Virus record (IMG/VR): IMGVR_UViG_3300032301_000470
Location: 1-36,461 of that record
Length of the DNA: 36,461 nt
Direction: 5' to 3' (one strand)
DNA from: a virus
Taxonomy: Duplodnaviria; Caudoviricetes
Shown: one piece after another, positions 8,824 through 17,407 of the stretch
Layout: each line of letters starts with the position of its first letter
Numbering within the stretch: the stretch's first letter is position 1
Translations under genes and position numbers: made by a program
The notes under the pieces: generated by a model
Databases searched by the model: none
What the model was told of the DNA's origin: nothing
What the model saw: only the letters and a program-made list of their open reading frames with translations

Positions 8824-10666
8824 AAGCACCTCCTGCACAAGCTACCTCACCTGATAAATCTGTATTATCTTCGATTTCAATAACCTTGCTTAAGTCTACT
8901 TCCGTAAGTGTTTTCATTAATTCTTCATATCTTTCTTTCGTACAATCTTCAAATGGAGCCTGAATGTAAGTTCCACCATCGTAAGGTAATACCGAAAGTC
9001 CGTTGTAATATTCTTTATTTTCCCACATCCATTCACCTACTGCTTTCCACTCATGCTCTCTAATTGAAACAGTTGCGGATACATTGTGTGAATTATTTCC
9101 GGTTCTATGGCCTGGTTTAATCCACTCACTATGTACTTTCTTAACTCTCTCTAATAATTGAATTGGAGATTCGGTTCTAAAGATTGCATCCGATGGTGCT
9201 TTTTGTGGAATACCAATTACTGCCGTATCATGTGGTCTAAAATATTCATCTTCTACTAATTCGGGATGATTTACTAATAGGTGAGAATAAATTGCTTCGT
9301 TCTTACCTACTCTAACTCTACGAATATAGTAATCATTATGCCATGCGTGAATTCCTGATGATGTACCCAAAGTCAATGATGTTGTTCCTGCAGGTTTAAC
9401 AGTTGTAGTTCTTGCAGATGGATTGATTCCCATTACTTCTGCTAAGCTTTTGTTTTCCGTCTTTACAACTTTTGCTGCTTCTTTCATATCCATTTTCAAA
9501 ACTGCACCACTTCCGATACCTGTCATAGATACACCAATAAGTGCGTCCTTTTCAGTTGTTCTTTGCCAGATTGGACGAAGGTAATGAAAATCGGTATAAC
9601 CCGCTTGTAATGTTCCAATGAATGATGCTGCTTTTACTCTTGCGTTTAAATCGTATTGGTCTACTACATCACTCACATTTACTTCACATAAATTACAGAA
9701 TTGGAAAGGTCTTAATGCAATCTCACAACATGGATTAGTTCCCCAATCTTTGTCGTTTGATAAGTAGATACCAGGTTCACCTGCTCCACTTGCTTCGATT
9801 CTTTTCCAAAGGTCTAAGAAATATTCCTTTGTAATTTTATGTCTCATTAGGACTGCTGAGTTGTTTGCTCTACCCCTTTGTGGATTTTTTTCCCACCATT
9901 CACCACTCTTACAACTAATCATTTGTTCGTCATTTGCAGAGAACAAAGAAATCAATGCAGCTCTTCTAATACCACCTGCCAATACTGCGTCTGCAATATG
10001 ACAAACCATATCATGTACTTCGATTGGGGATAATTTATCACCATCTTTTTTAGCATCTAAAATACCTTCTAATTTTATTAAACACTCTTTTAAAGGTTGA
10101 GGACCTGGTGCTTTACCACCTGATGTAATTAATCTTGCACCCTTTGCTCTAATATCTCTAAAATCAAATGTCGGTTTTGAACCACCAAAGAAATAAGCTT
10201 TAACTAATACTGAAATTGAATCTGCCCATCCTTCGATAGAATCTCCGATAAGGAATCTACGAGTTTTATCTGCATTTGGTTTTCTAATTTCAGGCAATGC
10301 TTCAACGTGATGTTTTTGAACTGAATAACCTACACCTGTTCCACCCAAAAGTAAGAACATGATTTCGGAAAATATTCTCCAATCATCAATCGGTGCAAAT
10401 GCACAATTGTAAATTCTATTTGGAGACATTTCAATTGGTTTACCTGCAAATTGCATTGAACGCATTGATGGTAATACCTTTTTATCGTATACGAATTTGT
10501 AATTATCTCTAATCTCTTGTTCTAATTGTGGATACTTTTTAATATGCATTTCCATATTTCTCGTAACCAATTCCTCCCACGTCTCTCTCCTTTGTAATTC
10601 AGGTCTGTATTTTGCGTACTTCATATAAACCGTAATTTCTGAAAGGATTTTGTTTGAAATGTCCAT
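8810..10666 (-). CDS. nrdJ: Class II (adenosylcobalamin-dependent, monomeric RTPR-type) ribonucleotide reductase
   Basis: PSMR, NCAF, GTGVG, GGIRRAA, TNPCCEI...FCNL, TVKPAGT and C-terminal CAGGAC. 618 aa with no adjacent beta-subunit gene. Confidence 0.92.
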   Translation of the reverse strand: MDISNKILSEITVYMKYAKYRPELQRRETWEELVTRNMEMHIKKYPQLEQEIRDNYKFVYDKKVLPSMRSMQFAGKPIEMSPNRIYNCAFAPIDDWRIFSEIMFLLLGGTGVGYSVQKHHVEALPEIRKPNADKTRRFLIGDSIEGWADSISVLVKAYFFGGSKPTFDFRDIRAKGARLITSGGKAPGPQPLKECLIKLEGILDAKKDGDKLSPIEVHDMVCHIADAVLAGGIRRAALISLFSANDEQMISCKSGEWWEKNPQRGRANNSAVLMRHKITKEYFLDLWKRIEASGAGEPGIYLSNDKDWGTNPCCEIALRPFQFCNLCEVNVSDVVDQYDLNARVKAASFIGTLQAGYTDFHYLRPIWQRTTEKDALIGVSMTGIGSGAVLKMDMKEAAKVVKTENKSLAEVMGINPSARTTTVKPAGTTSLTLGTSSGIHAWHNDYYIRRVRVGKNEAIYSHLLVNHPELVEDEYFRPHDTAVIGIPQKAPSDAIFRTESPIQLLERVKKVHSEWIKPGHRTGNNSHNVSATVSIREHEWKAVGEWMWENKEYYNGLSVLPYDGGTYIQAPFEDCTKERYEELMKTLTEVDLSKVIEIEDNTDLSGEVACAGGACEVK

Positions 10667-10830
10667 TTTGTTTGTAAATTTTTTAATTTTAGTTAGTAAA
10701 TATTTTTCCCTAAAAAGTGGGAAATGTAAAGATATATATGGACTACACTACTGTTATACTCCATTTTCTTTAGTTAATTTTAGGTTTTTTTCAAAAATAT
10801 TTATTAACACTTTTTTTAATTTTTTAATAC

Positions 10831-12189
10831 TTATCCCATATTCTCCACATATTTCTTATGTAGGAGTTTTTTCTCTAATCCTTCACCACTTTTACTATCT
10901 CTGGTCGATGCCATACCATCTACCGATGTTGCCGCAAACACATCCATTGTACCTGTAAAGGTGTCAATTTTTGCAGGAAATGTTAAACCATCGGGACCGA
11001 ATCTATTTTTGACAATGTGAATACGACCTGTGTTCGATAACTTATCCTTTGTTTTTCTACTAACTGACATAATGAAATCTGCAGTTTGGACTTTCTTATA
11101 AGAATCACCAACCGAATCTGCTCCAATAACTTCGTGGTCTATTGCTGCTCTATTGGTCTGTGTTGCTGTCCAAATCGGGATAAGTGTTTCACCACTCAAA
11201 CCTCTTAACTCCTCATATATCCCACCTAATTCAGCATAAAGACCGTCCCTGTTACCATTTCCACTCTTTAATAAATCAGCGTAGTCAATAATGATAAGTT
11301 TTGGTTTGAATCCGGTTTGTTTTATCTTTTCAATGTGAGCTGCAATTGTTTTAGCAGATGCAAATTGTGGTGGATAATACTTAATACGAACTCTACCTGG
11401 AACTTGTTTTACCTTTCTGATAATCTCATCTTTTCTTTTCTTTTGGTCGGTTGTTGGTATACCTGTTAAGATTGTGATATATCTTTGTCCTACATAACTT
11501 TCTGATAGTTCTAAAGTATAATGTATTACATCAATACCTTTTTCCAAAGCAGAACATGCTATTTTAGATAAGAACCAACTTTTACCGATACCCGATGGAG
11601 CCATTACTACACCTAATTCACCGGGACCTAAACCACCATCCATAAGTTCATCTATTACTGGCCAACCCGTAGGACAAGAATCTCTTTTGACATTCTCTAG
11701 TATAGTTTCAAAATCTTCAATAAAATCTAAACCCAAATCAGACTCAACACCCACTTTAGATGCCTTCATCATTGTATCTATAATTTGTTCGTATTGTCCG
11801 TTTTTGAGTAAGTCTACTGATTTGAATAGAGCTTCTTTAACTTTTTGATTTTTACAAAATGTTAGATACTCCTTTTTTACATAAGGCATATCCTCTGTAC
11901 CAACCTGTAAGTAAACATTCTTCAATTGTTCTATTACAGTTAACTTCAATCCTTTATCCTCTATACCACCTACTTTAATTTTAAACACTTCCATTGTCGG
12001 AACTGTTCTATATTCATCAAAGTAATGTTGGACTTCACCTATAATCCATTGGTTTGCTTGAGATTCAAAAAATGCAGGTTTAGTAATTTCACCGACTTGT
12101 TCTAAAAATTTTACATCAGTGATAAGTGCAGCTACAACTTTAGATTGATAACTCTGGCCATATTTGACTAGTGTATCTACTTCTTGCAT
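10831..12189 (-). CDS. Replicative SF4 helicase (DnaB / T4 gp41-like)
   Basis: Walker A APSGIGKS, TLE, Walker B IIIDYADLL, TATQTNR and KNRFG. Confidence 0.95.
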   Translation of the reverse strand: MQEVDTLVKYGQSYQSKVVAALITDVKFLEQVGEITKPAFFESQANQWIIGEVQHYFDEYRTVPTMEVFKIKVGGIEDKGLKLTVIEQLKNVYLQVGTEDMPYVKKEYLTFCKNQKVKEALFKSVDLLKNGQYEQIIDTMMKASKVGVESDLGLDFIEDFETILENVKRDSCPTGWPVIDELMDGGLGPGELGVVMAPSGIGKSWFLSKIACSALEKGIDVIHYTLELSESYVGQRYITILTGIPTTDQKKRKDEIIRKVKQVPGRVRIKYYPPQFASAKTIAAHIEKIKQTGFKPKLIIIDYADLLKSGNGNRDGLYAELGGIYEELRGLSGETLIPIWTATQTNRAAIDHEVIGADSVGDSYKKVQTADFIMSVSRKTKDKLSNTGRIHIVKNRFGPDGLTFPAKIDTFTGTMDVFAATSVDGMASTRDSKSGEGLEKKLLHKKYVENMG

Positions 12190-12344
12190 TATGCTTCTGT
12201 TTTTTCGGTTTCTACTTTTGCTTTTCTAGTTGCAGATTTCCATTCACTCTTTGGAATAAATTTCCACTCACTTGTTGCTTGATTTGCTTCTTTATCGGTT
12301 ACTCTGATAATTTTTCCTGTTTTGCTACTTTTAAGACACTTCAT
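12189..12344 (-). CDS. Small basic hypothetical protein (51 aa), not in the ORF track
   Basis: MKCLKSSKTGKIIRVTDKEANQATSEWKFIPKSEWKSATRKAKVETEKTEA*. GGAGGT lies 5 nt upstream, and its stop overlaps the helicase start (TAATG). Confidence 0.75.
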   Translation of the reverse strand: MKCLKSSKTGKIIRVTDKEANQATSEWKFIPKSEWKSATRKAKVETEKTEA

Positions 12345-12366
12345 TGTTTACCTCCATGTTTTTATG

Positions 12367-12678
12367 TTATCTAATAACCATTAATAATTCCGATTCTCTT
12401 AATAGAAGGTATTTGTTACCACCTACTTTAATTTCTACTCCTTGATGATACGGTGGGAGAATTACTTCATCACCTACTTTTACACTCATTGGAATTGCTA
12501 CTCCTGATTGTGTGAATAGGCCATCGCCAACTGCGTCTACTCTTGCTCTCTTTACATCTTCCGATTTTGCACTATCTGGAATAATAATACCACCGGCAGT
12601 TTTTGATTCTTCTTTAGGGTCTAATTCCGTTAAAAGAACTCTGTCTCCTAATGGTTTTGCTAATTTGTCTGTTGCCAT
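12367..12678 (-). CDS. groES: Co-chaperonin GroES/Cpn10
   Basis: KPLGDRVLL, mobile loop KTAGGIIIPDSAK, AVGDG, VKVGDEV and YLLLRESE. Confidence 0.95.
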   Translation of the reverse strand: MATDKLAKPLGDRVLLTELDPKEESKTAGGIIIPDSAKSEDVKRARVDAVGDGLFTQSGVAIPMSVKVGDEVILPPYHQGVEIKVGGNKYLLLRESELLMVIR

Positions 12679-12690
12679 AACTTTTTGTTT

Positions 12691-13749
12691 TTAAAATTTT
12701 GCTATATGTGAAAATGTTGATTGTAACCAGTCCAACACATTTGGAAAACCTTCTAACACTCTATTCTTCAAACCATACTTTAAGAAAGTTTGTTTGTCAA
12801 ATTTAGTAGTAGGTTCGTTATATCTATCCATAATTTTCATACGGAGATTGCCACTAAATGTTGGTTCTGCTAATTGCATCAATTTACGATTTCTTTCGCA
12901 AATTTCCAAATTATCTAAGAATAATTCGTGTGCTTTTGATTTTTTTGTTAATGTGTTTACATAATTAACCATATCGGTGGTATCAACTAATTGGTGTTCC
13001 GATAACATTGGAAATGCTTTCATAATTGATTTAACACCCAATCCACTAATACCTTCTACATTGTCGGATTTATCTCCGTCAATCATTCTGAAATTAATGA
13101 AATTATGTGGGTGAATACCAAATTCCTCTACTACTTCTGGAATATTGTAAACTTTCTTTTTAGATGGTGAATATACACTCACATCTTTATTTACCAATTG
13201 AAGGAAATCCTTATCCGTACTCATTATCACAACCTTTTCGTTTTCTTGTCGTAGGGTTGTAGCAATGTAAGCCATAACATCATCTGCTTCAATTCCATCA
13301 TAAATCATAATGGAAACAGGTAATGATGAAAGTAGTTCACCCAATGCAGACATTTGTCTTTTCATTGATACACCTTCCTCTTCAGGATTCATTTCAACGG
13401 ATGCGGCACGATTCAATCTCATTTTGATTTTGTTCTTACCTCTTTCCGACTTATATCCGCCGTATATTTCTTTTCTACTTTGTGAACCACCTTTACCGTC
13501 AAATACAACGATAACTCTTGTGGGGTTAATTGTACGGATTGCAAAGCCGATACTTTTTAAAGTACCGACTATGCCTCCAATATGGTCTCCGTTATCATTA
13601 AGATTCGGAGCGGTTGACCAAGAACGAATGAAGGTATTAAGACCATCAATTACTAAGGTTTTAGAGTTGCGTTGCAAGTCTCCAAATCCTTTATGTTCTT
13701 CATCTATTTCTTTTAGTATATCTAAATACTTCTTATTAATCTGACTCAT
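12691..13749 (-). CDS. 5'-3' exonuclease / flap endonuclease (T4 RNase H / PolI N-terminal-like)
   Basis: LVIDGLN, VFDG, YKSER, EADD, STDKDFLQL and GDKSDNVEGISGLGVK (H3TH). Confidence 0.94.
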   Translation of the reverse strand: MSQINKKYLDILKEIDEEHKGFGDLQRNSKTLVIDGLNTFIRSWSTAPNLNDNGDHIGGIVGTLKSIGFAIRTINPTRVIVVFDGKGGSQSRKEIYGGYKSERGKNKIKMRLNRAASVEMNPEEEGVSMKRQMSALGELLSSLPVSIMIYDGIEADDVMAYIATTLRQENEKVVIMSTDKDFLQLVNKDVSVYSPSKKKVYNIPEVVEEFGIHPHNFINFRMIDGDKSDNVEGISGLGVKSIMKAFPMLSEHQLVDTTDMVNYVNTLTKKSKAHELFLDNLEICERNRKLMQLAEPTFSGNLRMKIMDRYNEPTTKFDKQTFLKYGLKNRVLEGFPNVLDWLQSTFSHIAKF

Positions 13750-14842
13750 TTGCTTCGTCCGTTGTTACTTCAACTTCCTCCGATGCGGAATTGTTTTTAT
13801 ATTGCAATATTGCAGTCTCACAGATTCTTAAATAAATCTGGTCTTTTAACTTTTCATCTGAAAGCATTTTTGCAAAGTCTTTAGATTGAAACTTCATAAC
13901 TTCTCCTGAATCGATATCAATATACTCATACCAAGCTCCTGCTTGCTTTAGGATTTTAGCGTCTTTCATAACTGCTAACCATCCACCATAATTATCAATA
14001 CCTCTATCAAAGAAAATATCAAAGTCTGCATGTCTCAATGGTGGGCCCATCCTATTTTTAATAACCTGACAACGAACTTTAATACCTACAATTCTATCAC
14101 CTTGTTTCAATTGTCCCATATTCTTTAATCTCAATCTAACCGAAGCGTGAAATGCTAATGCCTTACCACCCGATGTTGTCCACGGGTCACCAAACATTGC
14201 GTTCATCTTTTGTCTTAATTGGTTTGTGAATACTAAAGCAATTGACTGGCGACCAATCATATTGGTAATCTTTCTCATTGCTTTTGAAATGATAATAGCC
14301 TTGTCAGTTGCGTAACCATCTTTGTCGTAATCAGCTTCCATCTCTTTCTTAGATGATGCAGCTGCTACCGAATCGACTACAATTGTAACCAATCTATCTT
14401 TATCTCCTGTTCTAACCTTTTCAATAATTGTTTCACATGCTTCAAAAATACCTTCAACAGTATCAACTGAAACATATAATAATTTTGAAATATCTACTCC
14501 AATTGCTTCTAAGTATTCTCTACTTACGGCAGTTTCAGTATCAATCAATACAGCTACTCCACCCTTGCGTTGTGTTTCTGCAAGAAGATGGGCGGAGAGC
14601 AGAGATTTTCCACTCTGCTCTAAACCCGTAATCTCACATATGCGTCCAACAGGGAAGCCGCCATAAGGTCTATTAGAGATTGCAACATCCAACATAGCAT
14701 TACCAGTTGAAATCCAATCTTTAACATTGGTAGGGGCATCACCACCTTCATCATTTAGAAAGTAGGCAATCTTACCATCCTTATTTTGTTTGTTTAATGA
14801 ATCTGCAAGAATACTTGCTAAATCCTCTTCTCTTTTGGCCAT
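13736..14842 (-). CDS. recA: RecA/UvsX recombinase
   Basis: GLEQSGKS, IDTE, VVDSVAA, FTNQLR, SGGKALAFHASVRL, KNRMGPP and AGAWY. Confidence 0.96.
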   Translation of the reverse strand: MAKREEDLASILADSLNKQNKDGKIAYFLNDEGGDAPTNVKDWISTGNAMLDVAISNRPYGGFPVGRICEITGLEQSGKSLLSAHLLAETQRKGGVAVLIDTETAVSREYLEAIGVDISKLLYVSVDTVEGIFEACETIIEKVRTGDKDRLVTIVVDSVAAASSKKEMEADYDKDGYATDKAIIISKAMRKITNMIGRQSIALVFTNQLRQKMNAMFGDPWTTSGGKALAFHASVRLRLKNMGQLKQGDRIVGIKVRCQVIKNRMGPPLRHADFDIFFDRGIDNYGGWLAVMKDAKILKQAGAWYEYIDIDSGEVMKFQSKDFAKMLSDEKLKDQIYLRICETAILQYKNNSASEEVEVTTDEANESD

Positions 14843-14854
14843 TGTAACCTTTTA

Positions 14855-15700
14855 TTAATTGTTAAATAAATCATCAAATGCTGATGCTACATCATCCTTT
14901 TGTTTAGGAGCTTCTTCCTTTTCCCAAGGTAAATCACCACTAATATCAGATGTTCCACCCAATTCAGCCGATACACTTTTTTGTGTTGCCACAGGTTGTG
15001 TTTTTGGTTTTGGTGCTTCTAATTCTTCAACAATCTCATCATTAACTGCTGCTGATGGATTTAACCAATTTTCTAAAACTGACTTTAACTCTGCGTAAGA
15101 TAACTCCTGATATAATTCAGTAATTTCTTTTTGACCATCTAACAATTGTTGGATAGTTTCCGGAGAGTCTGCTAATTTAGAAACCGCAGGTTTAACTCTG
15201 ATTGTTGTTGTTGGATAAGATGCGTTAGATTCTTCTGCTGACATTACTTCCAATACGATATCTCTACCTGTATTTGGGTCTGTAATATCTCCGTAATCAG
15301 GGTCAGCAATATATCCTAAGATATCTTGATAAACTGTCTTACCGAATCCCCAGAATTTTACTCCTTCTGATTCTTTACCTCTTACGATAACTGGTACAAA
15401 AGTTCTTAACTTTGGTTCCATTTTCTTACCTGCTTTCCAATCATCGGTATCACCTGTTCTCTTAAGTTTTTCTGCAAACTCAACGATAGGGTCAGGTCGA
15501 CCAAATGACATTGGACTTAAATAAGTCTTGTTGTTAATGTTGTAGTGAAAGTAAAGTTCAATGAAAGGAATGTCTTTGTTGAACTTGTAAGGAACGATTC
15601 TCACTTGAGATTTTCCGTTTGCCGGTTTAAAGATTGAATCCGACTTTTTAGTGTTGTTTTGTAAAGAGCTAAATCTCTTTAGAGCCAATGAAATGTCCAT
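14855..15700 (-). CDS. Single-stranded DNA-binding protein (T4 gp32-like)
   Basis: VRIVP...PFIELYFHY...DPI...GVKFWGFGKTVY...DITDPNTGRD pattern, an acidic tail ending AFDDLFNN, and position next to UvsX. Confidence 0.85.
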   Translation of the reverse strand: MDISLALKRFSSLQNNTKKSDSIFKPANGKSQVRIVPYKFNKDIPFIELYFHYNINNKTYLSPMSFGRPDPIVEFAEKLKRTGDTDDWKAGKKMEPKLRTFVPVIVRGKESEGVKFWGFGKTVYQDILGYIADPDYGDITDPNTGRDIVLEVMSAEESNASYPTTTIRVKPAVSKLADSPETIQQLLDGQKEITELYQELSYAELKSVLENWLNPSAAVNDEIVEELEAPKPKTQPVATQKSVSAELGGTSDISGDLPWEKEEAPKQKDDVASAFDDLFNN

Positions 15701-15797
15701 TGTTTTTTTGTTTTTAAGGTTTAAAATTTGTTTTTAAAGTTGAGGTTTATATCGCGATATTCCTATATCTAAATATAACTTTTTCATCTTTTATTAC

Positions 15798-15831
15798 TAT
15801 AAATATACGACTATTTTTCCACATTACCAAA
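15798..15831 (-). promoter_or_regulatory. Composite promoter upstream of SSB: TTTG-N20-TATATTTA overlapping an ATATTTATA late-type motif
   Basis: Plus strand shows tataaatatacg at 15798-15809 and caaa at 15828-15831. Confidence 0.55.
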
Positions 15832-15832
15832 T

Positions 15833-16060
15833 TTATTTTTGGAGGTTTTCTACCTTACGATTTAGGTAAAATACAGCTTTTTTGAGGTCTTCCAGTTCTT
15901 TTTTAGGGTCTTTTTTACCTGCTCTTGCAACATATTTGACTACATTGAATAAGTATGCATCTTTGTCTAATCCCCATGCTTCACACACTTTAATTACTTC
16001 GTATGGATTGTCTACTCCCCCATAGTGTTGGGGGCCGTTTACCATTTCTTTTATTTCCAT
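15833..16060 (-). CDS. DUF3310-family protein
   Basis: VNGPQHY...EVI...NVVKYVARAGKK...EDLKKAVFYL signature; start at MEIKEM (16060). Confidence 0.88.
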   Translation of the reverse strand: MEIKEMVNGPQHYGGVDNPYEVIKVCEAWGLDKDAYLFNVVKYVARAGKKDPKKELEDLKKAVFYLNRKVENLQK

Positions 16061-16344
16061 ATTTGATACCATTTTTTCTTTGGTACGGGTTTACATAGAC
16101 TAAATGGATTATCTCCAAATGATGTTGTACCTACATATTTTGATGAAAACATATTTAAAAATACTTCGTGATATTTTTCAGGTATCTTACTAAAATCAGC
16201 TTTTATTTCTACATTCAATTCAATTGCACCATCTTCAATGGTTATCAATTTTAATGAATTGTAAGTTTGAACATATTGTGATGATTGGATATTTAAGTGT
16301 CCTCCGCCTAAAAACAATTCTGCTTCTTTTTTCTTTTCTGCCAT
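16051..16344 (-). CDS. Hypothetical protein (97 aa)
   Basis: Tightly packed minus-strand ORF; C-terminal KKKWYQIWK. Confidence 0.7.
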   Translation of the reverse strand: MAEKKKEAELFLGGGHLNIQSSQYVQTYNSLKLITIEDGAIELNVEIKADFSKIPEKYHEVFLNMFSSKYVGTTSFGDNPFSLCKPVPKKKWYQIWK

Positions 16345-16347
16345 AAC

Positions 16348-16656
16348 TTATTTTTTACTTTCCCAATATAATTCTCTAACCTTTGCTCCTAATTCGGCAT
16401 CGTTGGGTGTATCTAAAATTGTTCTACTATTTACAGTGATTAAATTTCTATCCTCACCTAAATAACATTCTCTACATAATTGTCCTGCTCCCTCTACATA
16501 ACCATATCTAAAATCGACATGAGTGGTTTTTAATGTGGTAGTTTTTTTACTACACATAACACAGGTTTCATAAATCTCTAATTCATCGTTTTGTTTTCCT
16601 ACTGATGTAACCAATCCGTTTTCACCAATTGTAAGTGGTACATGTTGTTCACCCAT
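16348..16656 (-). CDS. Hypothetical protein with a CxxC...CxxC putative zinc ribbon
   Basis: CVMC...RYGYVEGAGQLCREC. Confidence 0.75.
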   Translation of the reverse strand: MGEQHVPLTIGENGLVTSVGKQNDELEIYETCVMCSKKTTTLKTTHVDFRYGYVEGAGQLCRECYLGEDRNLITVNSRTILDTPNDAELGAKVRELYWESKK

Positions 16657-16659
16657 AAT

Positions 16660-16974
16660 TTATTGTTTTATTGTTTCTAATTTGTTTTTCAATTTTACTG
16701 CAAGAGCACAAGTTTCATATTCCTCAAAGTCAATAAGGATTTGTAATTGTTCGTCTAATAATTCTGTAAATTCTCTACTATCAATGGATAATGTAATAAC
16801 TATAATCTCTTTAATTAAGACTTTTGCGAAATCAACTCTCTTCTTTTTATTTCTTATTCCGAATGCAATACCATCTACGATTGCTTTTGCAAGCTCTCGT
16901 CTATTAAGTTCAAAAATGTCCGAAGGTTCGTTTGCGTGAATTTGAATTGGAGTGTATCTATTTCTCTTTGTCAT
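16660..16974 (-). CDS. Hypothetical protein (104 aa) with a UVR-like C-terminal helix pair
   Basis: EEYETCALAVKLKNKL; preceded by a perfect TATATTTG element. Confidence 0.7.
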   Translation of the reverse strand: MTKRNRYTPIQIHANEPSDIFELNRRELAKAIVDGIAFGIRNKKKRVDFAKVLIKEIIVITLSIDSREFTELLDEQLQILIDFEEYETCALAVKLKNKLETIKQ

Positions 16975-16978
16975 GAAA

Positions 16979-17010
16979 CAAATATAAGAAAAATATCTTA
17001 ATTCTCCAAA
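16979..17010 (-). promoter_or_regulatory. Bacteroidota-type promoter (TTTG-N20-TATATTTG) at the head of the replication block
   Basis: Exact match to TAnnTTTG at 16979-16986; ATG at 16974 is 4 nt downstream. Confidence 0.7.
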
Positions 17011-17405
17011 TTTTGTGTATTAAAACTTTTGAATACTTTTGTAGGTATCATTTTATAACCTGTATTAGATGTGGTTAAGATACAATTTCTAAATTCTTCC
17101 CAATCAATCATATAAGAATTATCTAACATACCACCCGTTTTTGACTTAACTACTTCATTAAGTGCATTAATAGTGTATATTGAATTAGATTGTTTCTTTC
17201 TATGTACTAAAATAGTTTTCCATTCGGAAGGAATTGCATGAGACCCTTTTTCGACATTAAAAGTAATGAACGCTTCTTCGGGTCTTATCTTACTTTCTAA
17301 AATGAAAACATTTGGATTGGTCAGAGTATAATTTGTTAATATGAAATCAACTGATTTATCTAATTCTTCCTTTGTTGTAAAAAGACAAAGTAGTTGTGTA
17401 TTCAT
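16998..17405 (-). CDS. Hypothetical phage protein (135 aa)
   Basis: Packed ORF with LCLFT...TILVHRKKQSNSIYTINALN; function unknown. Confidence 0.8.
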   Translation of the reverse strand: MNTQLLCLFTTKEELDKSVDFILTNYTLTNPNVFILESKIRPEEAFITFNVEKGSHAIPSEWKTILVHRKKQSNSIYTINALNEVVKSKTGGMLDNSYMIDWEEFRNCILTTSNTGYKMIPTKVFKSFNTQNLEN

Positions 17406-17407
17406 TA

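Noticed and set aside
10667-10830. Cobalamin riboswitch or NrdR box upstream of nrdJ; small hairpin tttccc-N8-gggaaa at 10705-10724
   Set aside because: The region is too AT-rich and lacks a recognisable B12-box or a convincing NrdR palindrome. A 6-bp stem alone is not enough to call.
2150-14842. Inteins or introns in PolB, RNR, helicase or RecA
   Set aside because: All are uninterrupted and of normal length, with no Hint or homing endonuclease motifs.
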